Source: Candidatus Pacearchaeota archaeon
GTDB taxonomy: Archaea; Nanobdellota; Nanobdellia; Pacearchaeales; GW2011-AR1
Direction of reading: 5' to 3'
DNA length: 64,000 nt
Assembly: GCA_023133415.1 (NCBI GenBank)
Contig: JAGLWM010000004.1
Coordinates: 3,574 to 67,573 of the forward strand
A program made the position numbers and the translations under genes. The first letter of the stretch is position 1. Every line of letters starts with the position of its first letter. The notes beneath the pieces were generated by a model. It made no database searches. It was given only the letters and a program-made list of their open reading frames with translations, and was not told the origin of the DNA. Shown here one piece after another: positions 27,417-34,871 of the stretch.

Positions 27417-29072
27417 TTATGCGGATGGCGTTCTTTTGGAAATTTTTACTATTAACACCAGGAAGATTAAAACCAGAAGTGCCACTATTCCGATGACTGT
27501 GTAGAATATCACATTGTTCATTTCTGAGGCAAATCCGAAGATTCCTGGTTTCTCTGTGATGTTTACGGAGATTGTTTGCTCATGCGAGGAGCCGTCTACT
27601 ATTGTGTTAATTTTGAATGATTGTGATCCTGCTTCCATAGGAGATAGTGTGATTAAGACTTCTTGAAATTCTCCTTTTTCAATCGAAGTAGTTTGCGGGT
27701 TGATGCTTACCATGCTTGCCCATGAGTCGAAATCAGAAGCCGATATTATGAAGTCATTGGTTTTTCCGTTGTTCGTTATCTTGGCTTTTACTACTAAGTC
27801 TTGACCTACTTGAGCCGAGGATTCTAAGTTTGCTGTAATTGTCGGGGTTGGAGCTTTGCATCCTAATATATTTAGTCTGATTGATGTGTCGGAAGTTTCT
27901 TCGTCGTATGACAATGGGTCTTCGTCGTCTTCGTCGTCATCCCAGTCAAAACTTACTATTACATCTAGAGTGTATTTTTCTTTGCTTAGTTCTGATGGAA
28001 TATTTATGAAGAATGTTATCACTTCTCTGTCGCCGTTATCTAGGTCGTCGATTATTATGTATTCATCAATTCCCATTTCTGAATCATAAAGATTTACTAG
28101 GATTTTTTCTTCGTCATCTTCTCCTAGATTGTAGACTGGTATTACAATTTCTAGGTTTTGTTGACCGCAGTATGTGTTGATTATGTTTTCGAATTCCGAG
28201 CCTCTTACTACTATTGATTCTTCGTAATCTACTGATTCAACTGTGAACTCAAAGTAGTAGTCTCCGCTGTCTATTTCAGATGCGCATTGGTTTGCTTCAT
28301 TACCATCTTCATAGGCCATTATGTACATATAGTATGTTCCGTCGTCTAGGTCTGAAGGTAATTCATCAATTATGAATGTTACTGTTTCTTGATCTCCGTC
28401 TTTTAATTTTCCTATGTCATCTAGCACTTCGTCGTCTATATCGAAGTCATTTGTTATATCGTTTCCGTCGTCTTCTATTTTATTGTCTAGTATCATTATC
28501 ATCACTTCTACATCTTCGATGTCGTCATCATTGTCTGTATTTTCTACTTCTACTTGGATTTCGATTTGGTCTAGGTATTGCCATTCGTCGTCTTTGCCTT
28601 CTCCGTTATTGTTTACATCGAAGTCTGTGATTTCTAGTTTGCCTTTTTCAGTATAGCCTTCTAGTTCGCAGAGGGTGTCGGATGTTGGAGTTACCTGAAA
28701 GTTAACCTGTTCTGATATGACATACAGTTCAGTTAAAGTTGAGGCATCATATACATGTGCTTTTATTGTGACAGAAGTCCCACTTGTGGGAATTGTAAGG
28801 TTGAATCCTGAAACTGTATGACTATTCCCTGCGGTATAATTATTCGCCTCGGCAAGACTTGTGATTCTTTCGGGATTTGTAGTAGTCCAGTTAACATAAA
28901 CTTCATTAGTTTCGTTAGATGTAAGATTAACTGTAAATGGAATAATGTCTCCAGCTTCACCAATTAATGTTCCTCCAATAATATCGAGTTGGAACTCTGT
29001 TGCACTTGTAATTCCAAAGCTTAATAATAAAACTACAAGAATTCCTAAGGATGCAAACATCTTTTTTGCCAT
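27417..29072 (-). CDS. acidic cell-surface protein with signal peptide and C-terminal TM + basic tail (candidate archaeosortase substrate)
   Basis: MAKKMFASLGILVVLLLSFGITSA. D/E-rich beta-rich modules and many N-x-T/S sites. C-terminus KPGIFGFASEMNNVIFYTVIGIVALLVLIFLVLIVKISKR. Confidence 0.7.
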   Translation of the reverse strand: MAKKMFASLGILVVLLLSFGITSATEFQLDIIGGTLIGEAGDIIPFTVNLTSNETNEVYVNWTTTNPERITSLAEANNYTAGNSHTVSGFNLTIPTSGTSVTIKAHVYDASTLTELYVISEQVNFQVTPTSDTLCELEGYTEKGKLEITDFDVNNNGEGKDDEWQYLDQIEIQVEVENTDNDDDIEDVEVMIMILDNKIEDDGNDITNDFDIDDEVLDDIGKLKDGDQETVTFIIDELPSDLDDGTYYMYIMAYEDGNEANQCASEIDSGDYYFEFTVESVDYEESIVVRGSEFENIINTYCGQQNLEIVIPVYNLGEDDEEKILVNLYDSEMGIDEYIIIDDLDNGDREVITFFINIPSELSKEKYTLDVIVSFDWDDDEDDEDPLSYDEETSDTSIRLNILGCKAPTPTITANLESSAQVGQDLVVKAKITNNGKTNDFIISASDFDSWASMVSINPQTTSIEKGEFQEVLITLSPMEAGSQSFKINTIVDGSSHEQTISVNITEKPGIFGFASEMNNVIFYTVIGIVALLVLIFLVLIVKISKRTPSA

Positions 29073-29140
29073 GTTGTAATTTTAGGATTACTACACTTTA
29101 TAAAGATTTCTATGATTGTTAGATAATTGGGCTTTTGTAA

Positions 29141-29786
29141 TTAAAGAGTTGCATTCCTGTTTCCCAATAAGACTTGGCCAGAATAGTTGTTCCAAAGAAT
29201 TTCTGCAATTGCTTGAGAATCTTTGTCTCCTCGAATTAATGCCTTTTTGATGCCTTTTAATATAGCTCTTTTGGAATTATCGTTTGCTTGCTTGGCGGTA
29301 TGACCTTTTATTATTCCTATGGGTAGCTGATTTGAAGTCTTAAAGAAAATTTCTGCGATTTTATCTTTTATTGGATTCGTCGCTCTTGTTGTGTCCATTA
29401 AGAACATGAATGGAATATTGTATCCTATGAAGCAACTTTTTTCGTCTTCATTATAGCAATTTCCCAGTCCTGCAGCAGCCCAGCAAGACCTTGCATAAGT
29501 TATTCTATTATTTAAGATACTGTCATTTTCTCCTTTTTTTTATTATTGTTTTATTTTGATGTCCTGTAACACGATTTTCTTCGCCATGTCCATTGAGGAT
29601 AATAAAATTATAATCATAACTTTTTATCGAGGATTCAAATTCTGTTTTATTAGCTTTTTCTTTTTTTAGTTCGTGAAAATTTATAGACCTTTTCTTGCAT
29701 TCATTGATTATAGGTTTGGAAAAAACTGCAAGATATTCTGTGACATCATCAGATTGTGGGAGAGTTATGATTAGACCTTTTTTCAT
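29141..29786 (-). pseudogene. clan CD (caspase/gingipain-like) cysteine peptidase-like gene interrupted by a frameshift at an A8 run
   Basis: ORF 29523..29786 ends ..ILNGHGEENRVTGHQNKTIIKKRRK*. The next frame continues KKGENDSILNNRITYARSCWAAAGLG.. into ORF 29141..29407. Deleting one A in the run at 29534-29541 joins them. Confidence 0.5.
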
Positions 29787-30040
29787 TATACTGTATTTAG
29801 GGCGGTTGTTAATTGACCTGTTGCTTGGGCTCTCATGAAATTAAGATGAGTTTGGATAATCCTTTTACCTATATTATCTCCTCCCATAACGTGTTCTATC
29901 ATTTGATTCTTGGTTAGGCTTCCATCTGAACCGATAGAGAGTTTTAGTGTTGATGACATACTTGCCTCAATTCTAGCAACAACTAATTTTTTCAATGTTT
30001 CATTTAGCTCTTTTTCTTTAGAAATAATATTTTTGTTCAT
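29786..30040 (-). CDS. hypothetical small protein
   Basis: 84-aa ORF overlapping both neighbours by 1-4 nt. AT-rich cassette. Confidence 0.45.
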   Translation of the reverse strand: MNKNIISKEKELNETLKKLVVARIEASMSSTLKLSIGSDGSLTKNQMIEHVMGGDNIGKRIIQTHLNFMRAQATGQLTTALNTV

Positions 30041-30222
30041 ATTATTTTTAGTTCTGAAAGAGTATTTAAAAGTTTTTCTGAGAGTTTGGTATTATTTTTA
30101 ACTTCAAAATAGGTTGAGTCCCATGTGTAAGTCTTTTCGTCTGCAATAATAATGATTTCTTTTCGCAATGAGTTTGGAATATCTGCGTAGGCACTAAGAA
30201 ATTTTTCCCTTAATTGTTCCAT
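30037..30222 (-). CDS. hypothetical small protein
   Basis: 61-aa ORF, first gene of the 3-gene cassette. Confidence 0.4.
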   Translation of the reverse strand: MEQLREKFLSAYADIPNSLRKEIIIIADEKTYTWDSTYFEVKNNTKLSEKLLNTLSELKII

Positions 30223-30345
30223 GTAATACGGATGCTATCAATCTTTAAAACTCTTCGCATATTTGTTTTTTTAGATTTTATGAAGATTTAATAATTGGGC
30301 TTTTGTTATCGTTAAGTTTAAATATTATATTCTCGTCGGAAAATT

Positions 30346-30432
30346 ATGGTAAATAAAATTTTGGAGGCAGGTTTTTTAGATTATGCAATGACATCCATTC
30401 TTGCGGATCAAAAAACTAAAGTTTTTTGCTAA
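30346..30432 (+). CDS. 28-codon leaderless small ORF/uORF ending in TAATG overlap with the next gene
   Basis: TATA gtttaaatatta at 30316-30327 lies about 25 nt upstream of ATG 30346. MVNKILEAGFLDYAMTSILADQKTKVFC*. Confidence 0.35.
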   Translation: MVNKILEAGFLDYAMTSILADQKTKVFC

Positions 30433-30800
30433 TGGTAAGGTCGAAGGAGAATCTGGTTGGGGCGTATGCGTTTTTGATTGGTGTGGTTTTGGCTGTTATA
30501 TTTGGGTTGTTCAATGAGTCATTGGAGCAAGCTGGAGGGTTATTTTATTCGGCACTTGTTTTGATTGGTTTGGTTGTTGGTTTTATGAATACTAGTGATC
30601 GTGACTCGGGGACTTTTTTGTTGGCAAGTGTTTCTTTGGTAATTGTTGCTGCACTTGGGATGGAGCCTTTGAAATATATTGCTTTGAATAATCTTGTTGT
30701 TGATTCGTTGCGGAATGTTTTGGGTAGTCTATTGTTGTTGTTTGTTCCGGCGACGATTATTGTTGCATTGAAAAGTGTTTTTGCTATGGCGAAGATTTAG
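30432..30800 (+). CDS. small integral membrane protein
   Basis: MVRSKENLVGAYAFLIGVVLAVIFGLF.. has 4 hydrophobic helices. Confidence 0.65.
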   Translation: MVRSKENLVGAYAFLIGVVLAVIFGLFNESLEQAGGLFYSALVLIGLVVGFMNTSDRDSGTFLLASVSLVIVAALGMEPLKYIALNNLVVDSLRNVLGSLLLLFVPATIIVALKSVFAMAKI

Positions 30801-30804
30801 GGGA

Positions 30805-30835
30805 GCGAAGCAAAGCTTCGCGTTGTCGGTTTTTA
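30805..30835 (+). terminator. hairpin + T-tract terminator-like module
   Basis: gcgaagc-aaa-gcttcgc, then gttgtcggttttt. The loop differs from other copies but the stem is kept. Confidence 0.45.
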
Positions 30836-30846
30836 GTAGTTGGTTT

Positions 30847-31095
30847 TTAGTAGTGTGTTGCACTCTTAGTTCGCGCGATTTGTTCGGCTTTTTGAGTTAT
30901 TGAGAATGAGGATGTTTCTAAGGAGGATGTTTCTAAAAGATGGAGGGAAGTTTTGAGAGGATCTGGTATAAATCTTATTGATGTCCATTCTCCTCTTTGG
31001 TTTTGGAGTCGTAATGGATTCTTGTTTGAGTTATAAAAATAGAGCATACTGATTCCATAATAGACCGTAGTTTTTTCAATACCACATCTTCTCAT
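30847..31095 (-). CDS. doubtful small ORF
   Basis: 82-aa ORF whose C-terminal third is encoded by repeat modules. Confidence 0.2.
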   Translation of the reverse strand: MRRCGIEKTTVYYGISMLYFYNSNKNPLRLQNQRGEWTSIRFIPDPLKTSLHLLETSSLETSSFSITQKAEQIARTKSATHY

Positions 31096-31125
31096 GGATG
31101 TTTAGATTAATTATAGGTGTTATAT

Positions 31126-31779
31126 TTATTTTAGAAATTGTTGGATGTCTGCCAAATTTATGATTCGCATATCATCCCTTGCTAGGCCGAAACAGGCCGT
31201 ATTCACCCAGATTTGGATTTGTGGGAAGTTTTCAAATTCTGATATGTTGATATTATTGGATTCGAAGACGTAGACCTTTTTATTTAGTGCTTCGATTTTC
31301 TTTTTTATTTTGTGAGCTTGTTTATAGTGTTGGCCGTATTTTGTTGAGAGGATGATTCCTACGGTGTCTGCCATGAGAAATTTTTTTTGTTTGGTGAGGG
31401 TTTTTTTATTGTGGATGTCGATTTCTTTTTGAGTGATTTTGCCTAGGGTTTTGCCCGAGAAGATGTAGATTGGTTTTTGGATTTGGATTGCGTTGTTGAT
31501 TGCGTGGAATTTTCCATCGGTTATTATTAGGATGGTGTCTGCTGTTTTGTCTAGGGCGGAGGAGTTGCAGCCTAGGATGTGGGCTTTGTAATAAGCGCCT
31601 TGTTTGATGATGACTTTTTTATTTTTGGATTCTAGATAAGATTTGATTTTTGGGATGAGGTCGATGTATTGGATTGTTGCGGCAAGGGAGACTGTTCTGC
31701 CTGAAAGAGAATTTAAGAGGGAAAGGTCTATATCGGAATTTTTGAATTTGCGTTTTGCTTCTATAAATAGTCTTTTCAT
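31126..31779 (-). CDS. dph2: diphthamide synthesis protein Dph2-like (short form)
   Basis: AATIQYIDL.., HILGCNS, ITDGKFHA and IWVNTACFGLA resemble Dph2 motifs. At 217 aa it is shorter than typical archaeal Dph2. Confidence 0.5.
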   Translation of the reverse strand: MKRLFIEAKRKFKNSDIDLSLLNSLSGRTVSLAATIQYIDLIPKIKSYLESKNKKVIIKQGAYYKAHILGCNSSALDKTADTILIITDGKFHAINNAIQIQKPIYIFSGKTLGKITQKEIDIHNKKTLTKQKKFLMADTVGIILSTKYGQHYKQAHKIKKKIEALNKKVYVFESNNINISEFENFPQIQIWVNTACFGLARDDMRIINLADIQQFLK

Positions 31780-31822
31780 AAAATAATATAGGGGAAGTGG
31801 TTTTTAAGTTTTTAAGAATTTG

Positions 31823-32062
31823 GAATCGTTCGATTTCGTCAGGCTCTTTCTTTTTTAGAAAAAAAGAAATTCCCTGGAAGTAGAAAAAACTATAATTCCA
31901 ATGCTTCGCATTGGTTTTGACGAAATCTTTTTAGAATCGTTCGATTTCGTCAGGCTTTTTCTTTTTTAGAAAAAAAGAAATTCCCTGGAAGTAGAAAAAA
32001 CTATAATTCCAATGCTTCGCATTGGTTTTGACGAAATCTTTTTAGAATCGTTCGATTTCGTC
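31823..32062 (-). repeat. 111-bp tandem repeat (2 full copies + partial) that includes the last about 20 nt and stop codon of sepF
   Basis: gaatcgttcgatttcgtc recurs at 31823, 31934 and 32045. The unit contains tttctttttt-aga-aaaaaagaaa and ccaatgc-ttc-gcattgg hairpins, closed by tttcgtca/tgacgaaa. Confidence 0.9.
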
Positions 32063-32434
32063 GGATCTGGGTTTTGGGACTTCTGTTACGCCTTTTTGGA
32101 TGTCGAAAACCTTTGATGGTGTAGCGATGATGGTATTCTCTCCGAAGCCTGCGATTTTTCCTTCTAACGCTTCGACTGTTTTCTTGATTTTGGAGATTGC
32201 TCTTTTTAATTCGATTACGTCTTTAGATTTTAGGGTTCTGATGTCTATTACTGCGATTGTGTAGCCTTCTCGCAAAGAGTTTAAGATTGGGTTGATGTCT
32301 TCGTAAACTTTTAGGGTGAATGTTTTGATTAGGATTTTGGAATCGGATTTTTCTTGCTCTAAGTCAATTTCGATGAAATCTGGGGAGATTTCTTCGTTGT
32401 TTCCCATCATTTTTTTGAATATGTCGAAAGCCAT
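32042..32434 (-). CDS. sepF: cell division protein SepF
   Basis: ..LIKTFTLKVYEDINPILNSLREGYTIAVIDIRTLKSKDVIELKRAISKIKKTVEALEGKIAGFGENTIIATP is a DUF552/SepF pattern. Confidence 0.75.
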   Translation of the reverse strand: MAFDIFKKMMGNNEEISPDFIEIDLEQEKSDSKILIKTFTLKVYEDINPILNSLREGYTIAVIDIRTLKSKDVIELKRAISKIKKTVEALEGKIAGFGENTIIATPSKVFDIQKGVTEVPKPRSDEIERF

Positions 32435-32529
32435 AATGTAGTTTCATAATTTCAGTATTTAAATATTTATGTGACGGAGTATATTCTGAGATAAATATTG
32501 AATATTTTTTATCATATTTATAATGGAAA

Positions 32530-33084
32530 CTATTTCCAAACTTCGTAGATTTTACCCTGATATATTTTATGAATCGCTTTGTCTAATCTTTCTGAGCTAA
32601 TATCTGAAATTAAAATTTTGTCTTGTGATAATTTGTCTGATTGAAATGGACCGGCCCAAAATGGATTATAATTCTTTGTGAGATGTTCTATTATAGCATC
32701 TTTTTCTGCCCCATTTCCTTGGTGGGACATTTCTAAGGTGTATAGTGTTTCTTTATTAGAAAGAATGGATATTGGTTCATTATAATTAAATCTGGCAAAC
32801 CATTGACTCTTCAGCAGTAAATCATTAAAAGGATCAGGAAAGTTATTGAATCTTAATCCCTTATGAAATTTTCCTTGTTGTATTATTCTGCACATATTCT
32901 CAAGAGATAAATTGTAAGATAATTCTCTGCCGGTTATGTCTTTATTACAAACAATAAGAAAAGACTTATTATGATTTTCAATTTTTCCTCGAAGGAGATA
33001 GTTCTCCATCATTGTTTCGGGAACAAAGGTTTGTTCTTTAAAATCAAAAAGATATTCTTTCTGATTATTTTCTTTTCTAGCCAT
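32530..33084 (-). CDS. hypothetical protein
   Basis: 184-aa ORF, AT-rich, no recognisable motif. Confidence 0.5.
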   Translation of the reverse strand: MARKENNQKEYLFDFKEQTFVPETMMENYLLRGKIENHNKSFLIVCNKDITGRELSYNLSLENMCRIIQQGKFHKGLRFNNFPDPFNDLLLKSQWFARFNYNEPISILSNKETLYTLEMSHQGNGAEKDAIIEHLTKNYNPFWAGPFQSDKLSQDKILISDISSERLDKAIHKIYQGKIYEVWK

Positions 33085-33143
33085 TAGATAAAAAATAATA
33101 GAATATTTATAAATTTATATAATAAATAAATTTCAACTCAAAT

Positions 33144-33509
33144 TTATCCCTGAATCTTCTTCATTACTTCTTCTCGGATGGATTCTATTTTTGTGGAGAA
33201 TTCTTTTTCTTGTTCATCGATTGTCTTCATTCTCGTATCGATTAATTTCTTTTTCTTTTCCATGTCTTCAAGAATTGCTTCTTTTGTCGTTTTGATTACG
33301 ACTTGGTTTCCGATGATTCTGGAGACTTCGCCTGAAGTTTTTTCGACTTCTTTGATTATGAGGCTTGTTTCATTGGCTTCCATTGAAAAGGCATTTTTTT
33401 GCATTAGGAGTTGCTGAAAACTCTGCTCCATCATTTGAAGTTCCTGGATTTTCCTCTGAGTTTCTTCGTCCAAATTCGCTAGTGGGTTTAGTGGTGCTTC
33501 TTCTGTCAT
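33144..33509 (-). CDS. pfdB: prefoldin beta subunit
   Basis: Coiled coil - beta hairpin - coiled coil: QELQMMEQSFQQLLMQKN..IIGNQVVIKTTKEAILEDMEKKKKLIDTRMKTIDEQEK. Confidence 0.75.
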   Translation of the reverse strand: MTEEAPLNPLANLDEETQRKIQELQMMEQSFQQLLMQKNAFSMEANETSLIIKEVEKTSGEVSRIIGNQVVIKTTKEAILEDMEKKKKLIDTRMKTIDEQEKEFSTKIESIREEVMKKIQG

Positions 33510-33510
33510 T

Positions 33511-33648
33511 TTAATCTGAGCTTACGGTTTTCATTTTAGTTCGTGGTTTGTAAAAAATTCTTGAGCCACATTCTGGACAGACAAATCGTTTTTTTAAGTC
33601 TTTCGACTTTAGTTTATTCCCACAGTGAAAACATTTGTATTCTGCCAT
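33511..33648 (-). CDS. rpoP: DNA-directed RNA polymerase subunit P (Rpo12)
   Basis: Below the track cut-off. MAEYKCFHCGNKLKSKDLKKRFVCPECGSRIFYKPRTKMKTVSSD with CxxC..CxxC..IFYK. Confidence 0.7.
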   Translation of the reverse strand: MAEYKCFHCGNKLKSKDLKKRFVCPECGSRIFYKPRTKMKTVSSD

Positions 33649-33649
33649 T

Positions 33650-33880
33650 TTATTTCTTAGTTTTTTGGTTTTTTAAATGATACGCTCCGGATGCGAATTC
33701 TCTTTTGCATTTTACGCAGTTCCAGATGGATTTGACTTTTCGTTTTACATGACCTTTGCAGAATGGACATTCCTGTTTGACTCGCTGCTTTCTTTCTACG
33801 GCTATGAGTTTTTGCTTTATCTTACCATAACCTGCGCCTAATCTTCCTGCGCTTCCGATTTTTTTTCTTTTTACTGCCAT
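33650..33880 (-). CDS. rpl37ae: 50S ribosomal protein L37Ae (eL43)
   Basis: KKIGSAGRLGAGYG..CPFCKG..WNCVKCKREFASGAY. Confidence 0.85.
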   Translation of the reverse strand: MAVKRKKIGSAGRLGAGYGKIKQKLIAVERKQRVKQECPFCKGHVKRKVKSIWNCVKCKREFASGAYHLKNQKTKK

Positions 33881-33892
33881 TTTATTTTTGTT

Positions 33893-34014
33893 TTTGAATG
33901 GGGCTTATCTCATAATTTGCATCTCGAAACGGTATTTAACCTTTTGTGTTTCTCGAAGCGAATTACTCGCCACAGACTTGAACTCCGTTCAAATCTCCGT
34001 GTCCTTTTGAATTT
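33893..34014 (-). repeat. 110-bp element downstream of tRNA-Pro, bounded by a 12-bp direct repeat of the tRNA 3' end
   Basis: tttgaatggggc at 33893-33904 and 34003-34014. The interior has a tRNA 3'-half-like segment (ACGGAGTTCAAGTCTGTGGCGAGTA) and aattcgcttcgag..gcaaatt motifs shared with the tRNA-Ser elements. Confidence 0.6.
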
Positions 34015-34081
34015 GAATGGGGCCACGCAGATTTGAACTGCGGTCGCGAAGTCCCAAACCTCGAATCATACCAGGCTAGAC
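34009..34081 (-). tRNA. tRNA-Pro (anticodon UGG)
   Basis: GGGGCCA/TGGCCCC acceptor stem, CGAGG-TTTGGGA-CTTCG anticodon arm, CGCAG-TTCAAAT-CTGCG T arm. 73 nt, no encoded CCA. Confidence 0.85.
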
Positions 34082-34122
34082 CATGGCCCCATGAGTTTGA
34101 GGTGATTTGTTGATTAATAAAG

Positions 34123-34755
34123 TTATTTCTTTTCTGTTTCTACTTCGGCTTCGACTTTCTTTTCTTCTTCGGCTGCCTTTTCTGCGTCTTCAGCCTTCTT
34201 GATTTCTTCTTGTTTTGCGGTAATCGTTGCAAAGTAATCGTCTAATATTTTTCGTTTTTCTGGATCAATTTCTGTTTTTTTGGCTGAAATTTCTTCTGCA
34301 AATTTTCCTTCGTTAATCTCTTGCATAATTTCTCTTGTTTCCTTGTTCTCGATTAATATGCCTAAAGCTTGACATGTTCCAATTACGGATTTTAGCGTTG
34401 CCATAAAATCGTTTGAAAGCATTGAATCGTGTTTCGCTTTTGCTACTGCAATTACTTGTTCAATTGCAAAGTTTCCGACTCGTTGTTTTAATCTTGCGCT
34501 GGATGCTTTTTCTATTCCGAGTTCTTTTTTGATTAATTCTGAAGTTGGTGGGGACAATACCTTGATTGAAACTTCTTTTGTGTCAGGGTCAATTGTTAGA
34601 TGAACCGGAAGTGTTACGCCTTTGAATTCTTGTGTTGCCGCATTTATGTCGGAGATTACCTGTCCTATGTTGATTCCCATTGGTCCGAGTTGTTGTGCCA
34701 CGGCTGGACCTGGTGTCATGTTTCCGCCTTCGACTAATAATTTAATAATTGCCAT
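34123..34755 (-). CDS. rpl11: 50S ribosomal protein L11 (uL11) with Lys/Glu/Ala-rich C-terminal extension
   Basis: KLLVEGGNMTPGPAVAQQLGPMGINIGQVISDINAAT..; tail ..KKAEDAEKAAEEEKKVEAEVETEKK. Confidence 0.85.
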   Translation of the reverse strand: MAIIKLLVEGGNMTPGPAVAQQLGPMGINIGQVISDINAATQEFKGVTLPVHLTIDPDTKEVSIKVLSPPTSELIKKELGIEKASSARLKQRVGNFAIEQVIAVAKAKHDSMLSNDFMATLKSVIGTCQALGILIENKETREIMQEINEGKFAEEISAKKTEIDPEKRKILDDYFATITAKQEEIKKAEDAEKAAEEEKKVEAEVETEKK

Positions 34756-34756
34756 G

Positions 34757-34838
34757 ATTTCTTTCTTTTTAGAAAAAATAAATTTCTCGCAAGTAGAAAA
34801 ACTTTTCTTCCAAAACTTCGTTTTGATTTAATTCCATG
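34757..34838 (-). mobile_element. 82-bp hairpin element between duplicated CATG sites at the rpl11 start; encodes a 22-codon uORF
   Basis: CATG at 34753-34756 and 34835-34838. TATA (rc of gtttaaaaga, 34858-34867) lies about 25 nt upstream of the distal ATG. uORF MELNQNEVLEEKFFYLREIYFF*, with its stop 13 nt before the rpl11 ATG. Confidence 0.7.
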
Positions 34839-34871
34839 CTAAATTTTTGAGGAGTTAGTTTAAAAGATTAA

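Noticed and set aside
33941-34008. Split or 3'-half tRNA gene downstream of tRNA-Pro (T-arm-like ACGGA-GTTCAAG-TCTGT plus GGCGAGTA).
   Set aside because: Only about 36 nt are tRNA-like. The T-loop is non-canonical. No matching 5' half (ACTCGCC.. with a D-arm) could be found in the window. It is better explained as part of the tRNA-associated repeat element.
34757-34838. Reading the conserved 80-nt block simply as a shared promoter for rpl11, spt5 and ftsZ.
   Set aside because: The A/T box inside the block is poorly conserved (absent in the ftsZ copy). A canonical TATA at the standard distance lies outside the block, in front of the duplicated distal ATG. I kept a transcribed-leader role as the alternative in the finding.
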